Positions 32,486 to 42,308 of a stretch of 64,000 nt of DNA are shown here, piece after piece. The notes beneath the pieces were generated by a model. The model ran no database searches, was not told the DNA's origin, and saw nothing but the letters and a program-made list of their open reading frames with translations. How positions within the stretch are numbered: the first letter of the stretch is position 1; each line of letters starts with the position of its first letter. Made by a program: the position numbers and the translations under genes. Source of the stretch: Vulcanimicrobiota bacterium (GTDB taxonomy: Bacteria; Vulcanimicrobiota; Vulcanimicrobiia; Vulcanimicrobiales; Vulcanimicrobiaceae); assembly GCA_963733295.1 (NCBI GenBank), contig CAVTCS010000003.1, positions 1,408,001 through 1,472,000 on the forward strand, given 5' to 3'.

Positions 32486-32488
32486 AGT

Positions 32489-33115
32489 CTAATAAGCCCC
32501 GCGTTGCAGCACGACGGAAAGGAACGTGCGCACGAGGAGCGAGCCATCGAGCGCGGGCGAAGCGCGACGTATATAATCGATATCGAGGGCCGTCGCGTCG
32601 GGATGGTCGAGGGGGATTCGCGACCGGCAAGTGGCCTGCCAAATGCAGGTGATGCCGGGCGTGATCAAGTGACGCAGGTGCTGCCAGCGTTCGTAACGCC
32701 CGATGATCAGCGGCATTTCGGGACGTGGCCCGATCAAGGACATATCGCCGCGCAGCACGTTGAAGAGTTGAGGTAACTCGTCGATCGACGCTTTTCGCAA
32801 GAAGCGTCCGACGAAGGTGATCCGCGGGTCTCGGCCTTGGGTCGGCGACTGTTGATCGCGACAATCGGCCTTCCGCATGGTGCGTAGTTTGTAAATCGTG
32901 AAAGTCCGCTCGAAGCGACCGGCCCGGCGCTGCCGGAAGATGACCGGTCCGCCGTCTTCGAGCGCGATGGCGAGGCCGGCCAGAGCCATAAACGGCGTCG
33001 CCACGACGAGAAGGCCCAGTGCGAGCGCGACATCCACGACGCGACGTGCGCGGTACGCAGCCGGATTCGGGCGGTAGATCAGCGCGACCTCACCCGCAGC
33101 CGATACCGGACTCAT
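32489..33115 (-). CDS. Priming sugar transferase (Bac_transf)
   Basis: YKLRTM, DPRIT.VG.FLRK.SIDELPQL.NVL.GDMSLIGPRP. Confidence 0.93.
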   Translation of the reverse strand: MSPVSAAGEVALIYRPNPAAYRARRVVDVALALGLLVVATPFMALAGLAIALEDGGPVIFRQRRAGRFERTFTIYKLRTMRKADCRDQQSPTQGRDPRITFVGRFLRKASIDELPQLFNVLRGDMSLIGPRPEMPLIIGRYERWQHLRHLITPGITCIWQATCRSRIPLDHPDATALDIDYIRRASPALDGSLLVRTFLSVVLQRGAY

Positions 33116-34263
33116 GGCTTGAAAAGCCAAACGGCGCTGACGATGTTTTGGAAAATCCCGCTGTAGTCGATCTTGTGACCCTCGGGTACGAAGACCAGGT
33201 CGCCGTCCTTCAATTGCGGATTTTGGGACATATCGCCGTGTACGAGCTTTGTGATGTCGTACGACGTGCGCGTCCCGTTCGACTCGACTTGCACCTTGCC
33301 GAGGTCTGCCCACTTGGTCGGGCCACCCGCTGCGAAAATTGCGTTCAGCAGCGAAAAATTGGTCTTGAGCACGACGGTGCTCGGCTTGTCGACGAGCCCT
33401 GCAACCGCTACTCGCGGGGCCGTGGACACCAAAAGCGAATCGTCTTTCGCCGGTGGCTGCGAGAAAACCGGATCGCCGAGGGCGACGTATTGCGTCGTGC
33501 CGCCGCGTGCGAGGGCGATGTGCGATGTGGCGGCCGAGGCGTTCAAGCCGCCGGCCTGCACGATTGCGTCAGACAAGGGTTCGTCGGTCCAAAGATGCGC
33601 GATGCTCGGAACCTGCACGTCGCCGGCTACGCGCACGGCGACCGGCTTATCGACGAGCACGATCGTGTCGCCGGCATGAAGCACCGGGCCGCTTTGCCCG
33701 CTGGACGAAAGTGCCGCGACGTCAAAGATACCCAAGCTCGCCCCGTCGCGTTGGACTCCGATGCGCCGTAGATCGATCCGCGAGGAAGCAAGCTGGTCGA
33801 GGTTGCGGCCCGAGCCCTCGTTCGCAACGGTCGATAGCGTCGACACGGTCGGCTTCCCGTTCACCGGAAGATCCGCCAGGGCGGCGGACAACGTCTCGCC
33901 GGGCTGGTATTTCAAAACGCCGCCTGGGCCGCCGGAGACGTAGAGCACCGCTAACTGCGTCTTGAGCTGAACGTCGACGGCGGGCTTGATTACATAAGGC
34001 TCGAGCGCAGATTTGATGCGTTCGGCGATCTGGTTCAGATCCAAGCCCCCAACGTCGATCGTCCCGGCCAGCGTGAGAGAAATGCGTTCGGCTCCGTCGA
34101 CGTCGACCGGTCCCGAGAGTTCGGGATGACCGTAGACCGTCACGACCAACTGATCGCCGGCATGCACCGCAGCAGCGGCCGGCACCGCAGCGAACAGTAC
34201 GCCAAAGACGACCAGAGCGCTCAACATCGCTCGAATTTTCACGGTTGAGGCCCTCCGCAGCAC
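33112..34263 (-). CDS. wza: Polysaccharide export protein (Wza/Poly_export with SLBB repeats)
   Basis: Signal peptide, GD.L.V.VYGHPELS, repeated SLBB units (AGG, L.DGD.VFVP). Confidence 0.85.
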   Translation of the reverse strand: MLRRASTVKIRAMLSALVVFGVLFAAVPAAAAVHAGDQLVVTVYGHPELSGPVDVDGAERISLTLAGTIDVGGLDLNQIAERIKSALEPYVIKPAVDVQLKTQLAVLYVSGGPGGVLKYQPGETLSAALADLPVNGKPTVSTLSTVANEGSGRNLDQLASSRIDLRRIGVQRDGASLGIFDVAALSSSGQSGPVLHAGDTIVLVDKPVAVRVAGDVQVPSIAHLWTDEPLSDAIVQAGGLNASAATSHIALARGGTTQYVALGDPVFSQPPAKDDSLLVSTAPRVAVAGLVDKPSTVVLKTNFSLLNAIFAAGGPTKWADLGKVQVESNGTRTSYDITKLVHGDMSQNPQLKDGDLVFVPEGHKIDYSGIFQNIVSAVWLFKP

Positions 34264-34439
34264 GTTGAGCCGAGAAAAAAACCGCTCGACCCACGGCAGG
34301 ACCCAACACTAACGCGAAACCACAGCACCCGCAATGGCCCAAATTGGATAACCCAAAATGGGGGAGCCATCAGCCTCTATGCGTTCCGGCTTAGTCACTG
34401 TACGCTCGTGCTTCACCGCGTTTCAAACTCCCCTACATT

Positions 34440-34467
34440 GAATGCCCTTAAGAGAATGCCCTTAAGA
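34440..34467. repeat. Perfect 14-bp tandem repeat GAATGCCCTTAAGA x2 in the divergent promoter region
   Basis: Read directly at 34440-34453 and 34454-34467. Confidence 0.8.
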
Positions 34468-34539
34468 ATGTCAAGAGAAAGTTAAGGACGGCGATGGACG
34501 CGGAGCGTGTAAGCTGCGAGAGATAGATCGAGGTGCGCC

Positions 34540-35091
34540 GTGCTGAGTTCGAACGCTTCTTCTCCGACATTCGTGGTGACCGATCCGCACGGGCGGGTAA
34601 GGTACGCTTCCGCGGATCCGTCCGGCGAGAGCGATCTGGCGCGGATTATGGCGAACTCAGACACCCTGCAGCCTGAGGTTGAAACCTTCTTGCGCGGCAT
34701 TGCCGGCAGTAACGCGCTTCCACCGCTGCGGACGACGTTCTTAGACGAGGAGCACGTCTTGCGCGCGGCGCGCCTGGTCGGCTCCGGCGGCACGATGTTC
34801 GTGCTCACCGTCGAACTGGACCGGAACCGCGAAAGTTTGTCGCGCGCGGCCCGGCGGCATCTCCTGACTCGCCGCGAAACCTCGGTCCTGAAGCTGATCC
34901 TGGACGGACTCAGCACCGGCGAGATTGCCGAAACGCTCGGGATTTCGGAACACACCGTCCAGGGATACTTCAAGCGCCTGCTCTCGAAGACCGGCGCGCG
35001 CAACCGCGTGTCGATGGTCGCGCGAATATTGGATTGGGAGCCCCAACACCGGGCCGAAAGACCCGAGCCGGCGATTACCGTCGCGGTCTAG
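34540..35091 (+). CDS. LuxR-family HTH transcriptional regulator (paralog of 448-1104)
   Basis: LTRRETSVL..G.STGEIAETLGISEHTVQGYFKRLLSKTGARNR. Confidence 0.88.
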   Translation: MLSSNASSPTFVVTDPHGRVRYASADPSGESDLARIMANSDTLQPEVETFLRGIAGSNALPPLRTTFLDEEHVLRAARLVGSGGTMFVLTVELDRNRESLSRAARRHLLTRRETSVLKLILDGLSTGEIAETLGISEHTVQGYFKRLLSKTGARNRVSMVARILDWEPQHRAERPEPAITVAV

Positions 35092-35132
35092 CACCCCCCA
35101 AACGGGGGGTGGATCCCGATTTTGAGGGATTG
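35092..35132. promoter_or_regulatory. Perfect inverted repeat CACCCCCC-AAAC-GGGGGGTG followed by an operator-like box
   Basis: 8-bp arms with no U-tract; adjacent CCCGATTTTGAGGGATTG matches the 21284 box. Confidence 0.5.
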
Positions 35133-35184
35133 CCGCCCAGTTGGATTTCACGCTATCCTCGCCAACACTGCCCGGGGTCTCACT

Positions 35185-36054
35185 ATGCTCTCCACTCGCG
35201 ATTGCTCGTCGTCTCTCGCCGCGAAATATAATCGCGAGAGTTTTAAGTTCGAGCACGACAAGGACGCGCTGAGCATCTTCGACTTGCCGCAATTGGTCGA
35301 GATGGCGGAGCGCTTGCCGGACGCCGCCTATTACTCGACTGCCGATGCCGGAATCGGAGACGGGTGGAAGCACGTCGGGTCGCGGCGCCCTACCTTACGC
35401 GAGACGCTCGAGACGATGGCCGAATCGAATTCGCTCGTCTTGCTGAAACACTGCGAGAAGGATCCCGAAAACGGTCACATCTTTCGCGCGATCATCGACG
35501 AGACGGTCGAACGCTGTGGTAGCGAGTTGCGCGACGACGTCGAAATCGCTCGCGCCACCCTCGTCATCAGTTCACCTCGAAGAATAACCTCGTACCACAT
35601 CGACGCCGAGGTGAATTTCTTGCTTCAAGTGCGCGGCCGGAAAACGCTCAACGTCTTCAATCCCAAGGACAGAGACGTCCTCAGCGATTCCGAGCTCGAG
35701 GCATTTTATACCGGCGACTGGGACGGGGCCCACTACAAACCCGAGCGGCAGAGTGGGGCCAGCGTGTTCGAGCTCGAACCTGGTTACGGCATACACATTC
35801 CGCTCCACGCGCCTCACTGGGCGCAAAACGGCGACGCGGTTGCGGTCGGGTTAAGCCTCAACTTCAATCTGCGCTCGGGCGCGAGGCTCGCGCGGCTCTA
35901 CAAAGTGAACCGCAGGCTTCGCCGTGCCGGCGTTCGTCCGGCTGCGCCGGGCGTTTCGCCTTGGCAAGATCGTCTGAAGCTCGCCGCCTTTTCGGGCGCT
36001 AGCGTCGCGCGCCGTTTCCTTCGGGGTACGCCGCATCGCCAGGCGAAAGTCTGA
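35185..36054 (+). CDS. JmjC/cupin-like protein 1 (putative Fe/2OG oxygenase)
   Basis: TSYHIDAE..FLLQVRGRK..G.HIP..APHW. Confidence 0.75.
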   Translation: MLSTRDCSSSLAAKYNRESFKFEHDKDALSIFDLPQLVEMAERLPDAAYYSTADAGIGDGWKHVGSRRPTLRETLETMAESNSLVLLKHCEKDPENGHIFRAIIDETVERCGSELRDDVEIARATLVISSPRRITSYHIDAEVNFLLQVRGRKTLNVFNPKDRDVLSDSELEAFYTGDWDGAHYKPERQSGASVFELEPGYGIHIPLHAPHWAQNGDAVAVGLSLNFNLRSGARLARLYKVNRRLRRAGVRPAAPGVSPWQDRLKLAAFSGASVARRFLRGTPHRQAKV

Positions 36055-36095
36055 CGGGGGCAGGCGCGGGTCTGCTTGGTGGACGTGTTAAGCTC

Positions 36096-37247
36096 TTGCG
36101 CGCGGCCATTCTCTCGATGGCGATTGTCGTCACGGTCGTGGCCGTGCTGACGGAACAGCGGATGAGCTCGGCGCTGCCGCGCCCCTCGGGCCCTCTTCCA
36201 GTCGGCGTCACCACCCTCACGCTCGTGCGCGAAACGAGCGGCGGCGTCGCGCCCGGCACCTATGAAGTGCAAGTCTGGTACCCGGGCCGCAAATCAAACG
36301 ACCGCGCGCCGTACGGAACCGGAGTGCCAGGCTTCAAGAGCTTCCTCTATCACCGTCTGGTACGATCGCATGCCGCGCGAGACGTAGCCGTCGCGGGAGC
36401 GACGGAAAGGTTCCCCGTCGTCGTCTACGTCGCAGGTTGGGGAGGCCAACGCACCGACAACACGATCGTCTCCGAAGATCTCGCGAGCAACGGCTTCGTG
36501 GTCGCAGCCATAAGCGATCCCTCGCACGATGACCCGCCTGCGGCGAGCTTCGTCGCGCCGGCCGACTTCACTTCGCAACGCTCTTATGAAGCGACGGTTC
36601 GTCTCGCCGCGGTGCGGCTCGCGTACGAGGCGCGCCGCGCATCGGACGTGCTTGACGAATTGCAACTGCTCGACCGGCGCGATCCGTCAGGCCGCTTTAC
36701 GAATCGCTTACGCCTGACCGATGCGGGCATCGTCGGCTTCTCGTTCGGTGGCGCCGTCGCGCTCGAGGCCTGCAGACGCGACGAACGCTTCGCTGCCGCG
36801 GTCAACATCGATGGCTGGCTGTTCGATGCTCGAAATGCGCGGATGTGCCCCTACATGCTGATCAGCGACAACGCGCCGCCTCCGACGCAGGCAGATCTTA
36901 CTTCCGCCGATCTCGAACACCGTTTCGAATCGATCTTGACGGTCGCGGATGAGCCACTGCAGAAGGCGGCGCTCTCGTACGACGGCTACGCGTTGCTCGT
37001 AGATGGTGCGACTCACGTCGATTTTACCGATGCACCCGCCTATTCGCCGCTGAAGTGGTACCGTCGAGCGAGCATCGATCCTAGGCGGATGAGCAACATC
37101 CTCACCCGCTATCTGCTGAGTTTCTTCGGAGCGTACGTCAAGGGCGAACCTTCGCCGCTGCTCGTTCCCGGGGCGACGCTCGATCCGGCAGCGAAACTGA
37201 CCCACGCGGGCGGCAACCGCGAGCGCCGGCGAGGATCGGCGTCGTGA
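36096..37247 (+). CDS. Secreted alpha/beta hydrolase (PAF-acetylhydrolase-like)
   Basis: QVWYP, LASNGFVV, GFSFGG, NIDG, H..FTD. Confidence 0.8.
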   Translation: MRAAILSMAIVVTVVAVLTEQRMSSALPRPSGPLPVGVTTLTLVRETSGGVAPGTYEVQVWYPGRKSNDRAPYGTGVPGFKSFLYHRLVRSHAARDVAVAGATERFPVVVYVAGWGGQRTDNTIVSEDLASNGFVVAAISDPSHDDPPAASFVAPADFTSQRSYEATVRLAAVRLAYEARRASDVLDELQLLDRRDPSGRFTNRLRLTDAGIVGFSFGGAVALEACRRDERFAAAVNIDGWLFDARNARMCPYMLISDNAPPPTQADLTSADLEHRFESILTVADEPLQKAALSYDGYALLVDGATHVDFTDAPAYSPLKWYRRASIDPRRMSNILTRYLLSFFGAYVKGEPSPLLVPGATLDPAAKLTHAGGNRERRRGSAS

Positions 37248-37981
37248 GCGGATGGTTTTTTCGTCCGAAACCGGACTCCACGTATCGGGCGCGAGTCGTG
37301 TGCTTCCCATACGCCGGAGGCAGTCCCGGTATATTCCGACGGTGGGCGCAACTGTCGCCGCCCGACGTAGAAATCGTCGCGATGCGACTCCCGGGGCGGG
37401 AGTCGCGCTTGGCGGAAGCGCCGTACGAGAACTGGGCTCCGCTCATCGCCGACGCAAGCGTCGCTCTACGCCCGCTGCTCGACCTTCCCGTCGTTCTTTT
37501 CGGACACAGCTTCGGCGCAATGCTCGCATACGAACTCGCCTGCGAACTCGAGCAACAGGGACGTGGCAGCGACTTGACACTCGTAGTTTCAGCCTGCCGC
37601 GGGCCGGGCCGCCAGGCGCGTTTTCCCGCGCCGCACGACGCCTCGAGCGCTCAACTCTGGTCGTGGGTACGCGCGTTGAACGCAACACCGGCCGGGATCA
37701 TCGACGACCCGGCGATGCGCGCCGCGCTCGAACCGGCGTTACGGGCCGATCTGGGGCTCGCGCAGACTTGGAGCGAACGCCGGCCGGAACGAATCGCGCT
37801 ACCGATTACGGCTTTCCGCGGCGCACTCGATCTCCTCGTATCCGGCCCGGACGTACGAGCTTGGAAGGTCTGCACGTCCAAGCGATTTCGGAGCATCGAA
37901 TTCGAAGGCGACCACTTCTTCATCAATTGCCTCGAAGCCGCCGTCGTCGAAACGCTCGCCGGCCTGTGTGAGGCGGCGTGA
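37244..37981 (+). CDS. Type II thioesterase
   Basis: CFPYAGG, LPGRE.R, FGHSFG, LRAD, GDHFF. Confidence 0.92.
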   Translation: MSGWFFRPKPDSTYRARVVCFPYAGGSPGIFRRWAQLSPPDVEIVAMRLPGRESRLAEAPYENWAPLIADASVALRPLLDLPVVLFGHSFGAMLAYELACELEQQGRGSDLTLVVSACRGPGRQARFPAPHDASSAQLWSWVRALNATPAGIIDDPAMRAALEPALRADLGLAQTWSERRPERIALPITAFRGALDLLVSGPDVRAWKVCTSKRFRSIEFEGDHFFINCLEAAVVETLAGLCEAA

Positions 37982-38889
37982 AGGCCACAAACATCGAGCG
38001 CATCGCGGGGCCGCCTTGGCTCGATGCGAACGAGGACGTCTTTCGCGAAGCCTTCGACCGCCGGAGCTTCGCTTTCGCGCACCGGCTTGCCGGTCATCCG
38101 CTTTTCGAGCCGCACCGCCTCCTGGAACTTGCTCGCAAGCTGGCTGAAGACCCGCGCGACGTGTACTACGACGCCGGCCCCATTCGCGTCGACCAGCGTT
38201 GGGATCAAACGGCCGTCTGCGACCTGCCCCTCGACTACCTCTTGAATCGGATCGAAACCGCGGGAGCGTGGATCGTTCTTCGGCGGGCCGAGAAAGATCC
38301 CGAGTACGCGCAGCTGCTCGACGCGTGCATGAACGAAATCGAGACGCTGGCCGGGGGAGACCTGCGCGAAACGATCAAATTGCGTAATGCTATCGTGTTC
38401 ATCAATTCGCCGAATCGAATCAGCAGCTACCACATCGATCGCGAATGCAACTGTCTACTGCAGATCAGCGGCAGCAAGACCCTGAGCGTTTTCGACCGTT
38501 ACGATCGAGACGTACTTCCCGAGGACGAAATCGAGCGCTTCTGGGCGATCGACAACAATTCGGCAGTGTATAAGCCCGAATACGAAGATCGAGCGATGAA
38601 GTTCGCGCTCGTGCCCGGCGTCGGCGTCCACATCCCGGTCAATGCGCCCCACTGGGTCCAGAACGGCCCCGATGTCTCGATCTCGTTGAGCATCAACTTT
38701 CACTACCGCGATTCCGTGCTCGGCGACGTTTATCGAGCGAACTATTGGCTGCGCCAGGCGGGCCTTCGGCCGTTACCGCCGGAGCGCTCGCGAACCTCCG
38801 CTACGCTGAAGAGCGCGGCTTACGGCGCGGCTCGCGCGCTACGCTCGAATCTCATTTCGGCGCTGACGCAAACGAGAAAGCGGCCGTGA
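37978..38889 (+). CDS. JmjC/cupin-like protein 2
   Basis: SSYHIDRE..LLQISGSK..GVHIPVNAPHWVQNG. Confidence 0.75.
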   Translation: MKATNIERIAGPPWLDANEDVFREAFDRRSFAFAHRLAGHPLFEPHRLLELARKLAEDPRDVYYDAGPIRVDQRWDQTAVCDLPLDYLLNRIETAGAWIVLRRAEKDPEYAQLLDACMNEIETLAGGDLRETIKLRNAIVFINSPNRISSYHIDRECNCLLQISGSKTLSVFDRYDRDVLPEDEIERFWAIDNNSAVYKPEYEDRAMKFALVPGVGVHIPVNAPHWVQNGPDVSISLSINFHYRDSVLGDVYRANYWLRQAGLRPLPPERSRTSATLKSAAYGAARALRSNLISALTQTRKRP

Positions 38890-39713
38890 CGAACGTAAAG
38901 CGTCCGCTCAAAGCGTTCGTTGCGACCGCCACGCGCTGGCCGCTGCTCGGCGGCGCCTTGAACACTGCTTACCGGCGTTACTTCAACTCGGTCGGTGGGA
39001 ATGCCCGACTCTTCTGCGGCGTCTTTCCCGATTTCGCCTCGGCCGAACTGGCGGTACCCGCGCACCGTCTGGTCGGATACGACAATGCGCCCTCGGCAGA
39101 GCGTATGATGGCCGAATGGCTGGGCGTCTACCCGAGCGACTATCCCGTTCTCTTTTGGCTCCAAAAGCTTCTGCGGGATTCCTTCACGGTTTTCGACTGG
39201 GGCGGGAACGTCGGAATCAAGTACTTCGCTTTCAGTTCGTATTTGACGTACCCTGAAAATCTGCGCTGGGTCGTGAACGACGTTCCGGCGGTCCTCCAAC
39301 TCGGCCGGGAAGTCGCCGCGCGCGAGTCCGCAACGGCACTTCACTTTACGGCCGAAATGGACGAACTCGGGCAAGCCGACATCCTTCTAGCATCGGGAGT
39401 CGTGCAGTTCATCGACGACCCGTTCGCCCGCCTAAGTTCGGCGGCGTCGCTTCCCGAGCACCTTATTTTCAATAAGGTCCCTCTCTACGATAAGCCGTCG
39501 CGGGTCACGTTGCACAACATGGGGGTCGCGTTCTGCCCGTACCATCTCTTCAATCGGGCATCCTTCGTCGCGTCGGTAGAAGCACTCGGTTACGAGCTGC
39601 GCGACGAATGGGCGTCGCCTGACATCTCGTGCAATATCCCGCTCTCGCCGCAATACTCGGTCGCGGCCTACACGGGGTTGTACTTCCTCAAGTCGCGAAG
39701 CGCTCGGCCATGA
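38886..39713 (+). CDS. Putative methyltransferase (TIGR04325-like)
   Basis: DYPVLFWL, VFDWGGNVG..YF, W.VNDVP, ASGVVQF. Confidence 0.75.
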   Translation: MTNVKRPLKAFVATATRWPLLGGALNTAYRRYFNSVGGNARLFCGVFPDFASAELAVPAHRLVGYDNAPSAERMMAEWLGVYPSDYPVLFWLQKLLRDSFTVFDWGGNVGIKYFAFSSYLTYPENLRWVVNDVPAVLQLGREVAARESATALHFTAEMDELGQADILLASGVVQFIDDPFARLSSAASLPEHLIFNKVPLYDKPSRVTLHNMGVAFCPYHLFNRASFVASVEALGYELRDEWASPDISCNIPLSPQYSVAAYTGLYFLKSRSARP

Positions 39714-40594
39714 TTCGCGAGGGCGTGGGGTTCTTTGCCGACCGGGAGACCTTCGAACGCGATTACGATCGCGAACCGTTCGGCTACGACCACAACCTGA
39801 GCGAGCTCGACCTCTTCAGCGAAGCGTCGCTGCGCGAGCTCGCGGCGCGCTACGAACGAGATTACTTCGTAGCCGCCGGGGCTAACTCGGCCGGAACTGC
39901 GTTCTATTCGGTGCCGAGCGGCGAATACGCACCGGTCGAAGCTTTTGACCGTCTCGATTCGATCAATCAGCGAATTCTGCTAAAGATGCCCGAAAACTAC
40001 GATCCGCGCTATCGCGATCTCATGGAGGCGCTCTTCGAACAGGTCGTCGAAAGGCGCGGCGATTTGCGAGGCGAGCGCGTCGTCCGTCTCGCTTCGTCGA
40101 TCTTGATAAGCTCGGCTGCGGCGATCACGCCGTTTCATTTCGATCCCGAGCTATCGTTCTTCTTTCAAATCTCGGGAGAGAAAATTTACCATCTCTATTC
40201 CCCTTCCGTACTCTCCGAAGAAGAGCTCGAACGCTTTTACGTCATGGGAATCGTCAACATCGGACAGGTCGACCTCGAGGGCCGCGATCCCGGTAGCGAA
40301 CACGTCTTTCGGCTCGTCGCCGGCAAAGGAATGCATCAGCCTCAAAATTGCCCGCACTGGGTCGAGACGCGGCTAACCCGGTCGATCTCCTACGTTTTCT
40401 CGTATGAGACCGATATGACGCGATCGATAGGCCGCACGCGCGCCTTCAACCACTACATGCGCTCGATCGGGCTGCGACCGTCCGCGCCGGGTTCTCATCC
40501 GGCCCGAGACGCGCGCAAAGCGAAGGCGATGGAAGTCTTCATCCCCATCCGCAAGCGCGCGAGTGAGGCGCTAAGGAAGACCTTCCGCCGCTAG
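39710..40594 (+). CDS. JmjC/cupin-like protein 3
   Basis: TPFHFDPE..FFQISGEK..GMHQPQNCPHWV. Confidence 0.75.
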   Translation: MIREGVGFFADRETFERDYDREPFGYDHNLSELDLFSEASLRELAARYERDYFVAAGANSAGTAFYSVPSGEYAPVEAFDRLDSINQRILLKMPENYDPRYRDLMEALFEQVVERRGDLRGERVVRLASSILISSAAAITPFHFDPELSFFFQISGEKIYHLYSPSVLSEEELERFYVMGIVNIGQVDLEGRDPGSEHVFRLVAGKGMHQPQNCPHWVETRLTRSISYVFSYETDMTRSIGRTRAFNHYMRSIGLRPSAPGSHPARDARKAKAMEVFIPIRKRASEALRKTFRR

Positions 40595-42195
40595 AGCGCC
40601 GCGAACATGTTCAGGGCGTCGGCGCGGACCGGATGCGGGCGCGCATCGATCAGGCGCATCCCGTCCTTGTTTTCGCCGGGAACTCCAAGCACGAAGACCG
40701 ATCGATCGAGCGGAACCTCCGGAAGCGAAACGGCTTGCGCGAGCGTACACTGAGCGCATTTCAAGTCCAGTCGCAGTGCGACGCCGGGCTTCAAGTACAG
40801 GCTCAAGTCTAGGATACTCGGCACGTAGTATGCGCTCGCGACGAGGGCATCCGGCGTGCCGTTGACGATCGCCGCGACCGCGGGACTTCGTTCGTAGTCT
40901 TTGTTCCACCACGTGCTGGCCTGAGAACTGATCAGGCACGAGACCGCCTCGCCGGCCAGAAGTGCTGCAAACGTGATTCTCCAGCGCCACTGCCCAGCGC
41001 CGGTCATGTTGCGTGCGAACAAAAAGGCGACGGCGAGCTGCAACCCGAGGAGGGCCGGGATGAAATATCTCGCTTGATAGACGAACGATCCGTGATAGAG
41101 CACGTCTCTTGCGACGAGAAGCAAGAGCGGGCAACACAGCGCTACGACGATGAAACCCCAGCGCTCGAACGGGCTGCGCCGAATCGCGAAATACAGAGCG
41201 TAAACGACCAGTACGACGCTGACGATCAAAAGGAGTGCGTTTGGCGCCGACGAGGCGAGCGGCCCGATGCGGAAGCTTCCGATATCGAAGAACACGCCGC
41301 GGACGTCCTTCAATAGAACGAGCGCGATTTGAGGCAGCGAGAGCTTCTCGGACGCGATCCCACCCATTCCGCGCCGCAGACTCGCGCTCGTCAACATGAC
41401 GGTCAGCCAGGGGACGAAGCTTATGCCGGCCGCGAAAACGGCGATCGCGTACGCGAGGATCGCCGCCCCTCCGAATTTTGCGCGCTCGCGGACCACGCGA
41501 ACGAAGAGGTAGAGTCCGTGGCCGAGGGCGACGAAGGCCGAGAGCGGGAAGACGTAGAGACTAACTGCGAACGACACCGCATAGAGCGTCCAAGCGACCG
41601 CGCCCCCAAGGCGGAGCGCGCGAAGGAACGCGACGCACATGAGCAGCGTCGTAACGGTCCATAGGCTATATTCGCGCGCCTCTTGCGAGTACAGAACGTA
41701 GAAGGGCGACAGTCCGAGCAGCATCGTGAAGGCCGCGGCGACGTCGAAAGCGCCGAACAATTCGCGCGCCAGCCAATAGGCGCAGGGAAGGACGAGGATC
41801 CCCATCAGCACCGCAATGCTGCGTATGGAAAGAACCGACGAGCCGAAAAATCTCACCCAGAGGTGCGCGAGCAGGTAATACAGGGGGGGATGCTGCGGAT
41901 CTTCGAGCGCGAGCGACCGGACTGTTGCCTGGAGTGAATCGCCCGCGGGGAGCGTGAAATACTGTTGCATCGTTTCCGCGTCGCGTATGCCCGGGGAGGC
42001 GAGCACGATCTCGCCTTCGGTATAGCCGAGCATGTGCATGGCCCCTAGCATCTCGTCTTCCCAGAACGTTTTCCGATCGATATTATAAAGCCTAAAAAAT
42101 ACGCCGGCCAATACGATGAGAGTCAGAGCGATAACGGCGCCGTTCCGAAGGTTTCCGCGCATTCGGCTGTTTGGATGGTACGCTACCGTTCGCAC
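40591..42195 (-). CDS. GT-C (PMT_2/GT39-like) membrane glycosyltransferase
   Basis: FW.DE, EDPQHPPLYYLL, YSQEAREY, multiple TM helices. Confidence 0.85.
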   Translation of the reverse strand: MRTVAYHPNSRMRGNLRNGAVIALTLIVLAGVFFRLYNIDRKTFWEDEMLGAMHMLGYTEGEIVLASPGIRDAETMQQYFTLPAGDSLQATVRSLALEDPQHPPLYYLLAHLWVRFFGSSVLSIRSIAVLMGILVLPCAYWLARELFGAFDVAAAFTMLLGLSPFYVLYSQEAREYSLWTVTTLLMCVAFLRALRLGGAVAWTLYAVSFAVSLYVFPLSAFVALGHGLYLFVRVVRERAKFGGAAILAYAIAVFAAGISFVPWLTVMLTSASLRRGMGGIASEKLSLPQIALVLLKDVRGVFFDIGSFRIGPLASSAPNALLLIVSVVLVVYALYFAIRRSPFERWGFIVVALCCPLLLLVARDVLYHGSFVYQARYFIPALLGLQLAVAFLFARNMTGAGQWRWRITFAALLAGEAVSCLISSQASTWWNKDYERSPAVAAIVNGTPDALVASAYYVPSILDLSLYLKPGVALRLDLKCAQCTLAQAVSLPEVPLDRSVFVLGVPGENKDGMRLIDARPHPVRADALNMFAAL

Positions 42196-42308
42196 ATCCT
42201 CTTCGGCCGCGCCCTTCCGCTTGCTCGACGATCGGTTCGCGCATCCAGATTCTTGACAGGCTTTTCAAACCTAGACGCGCATAGAGGCACCGGTCGGAGG
42301 TTGGCTGC

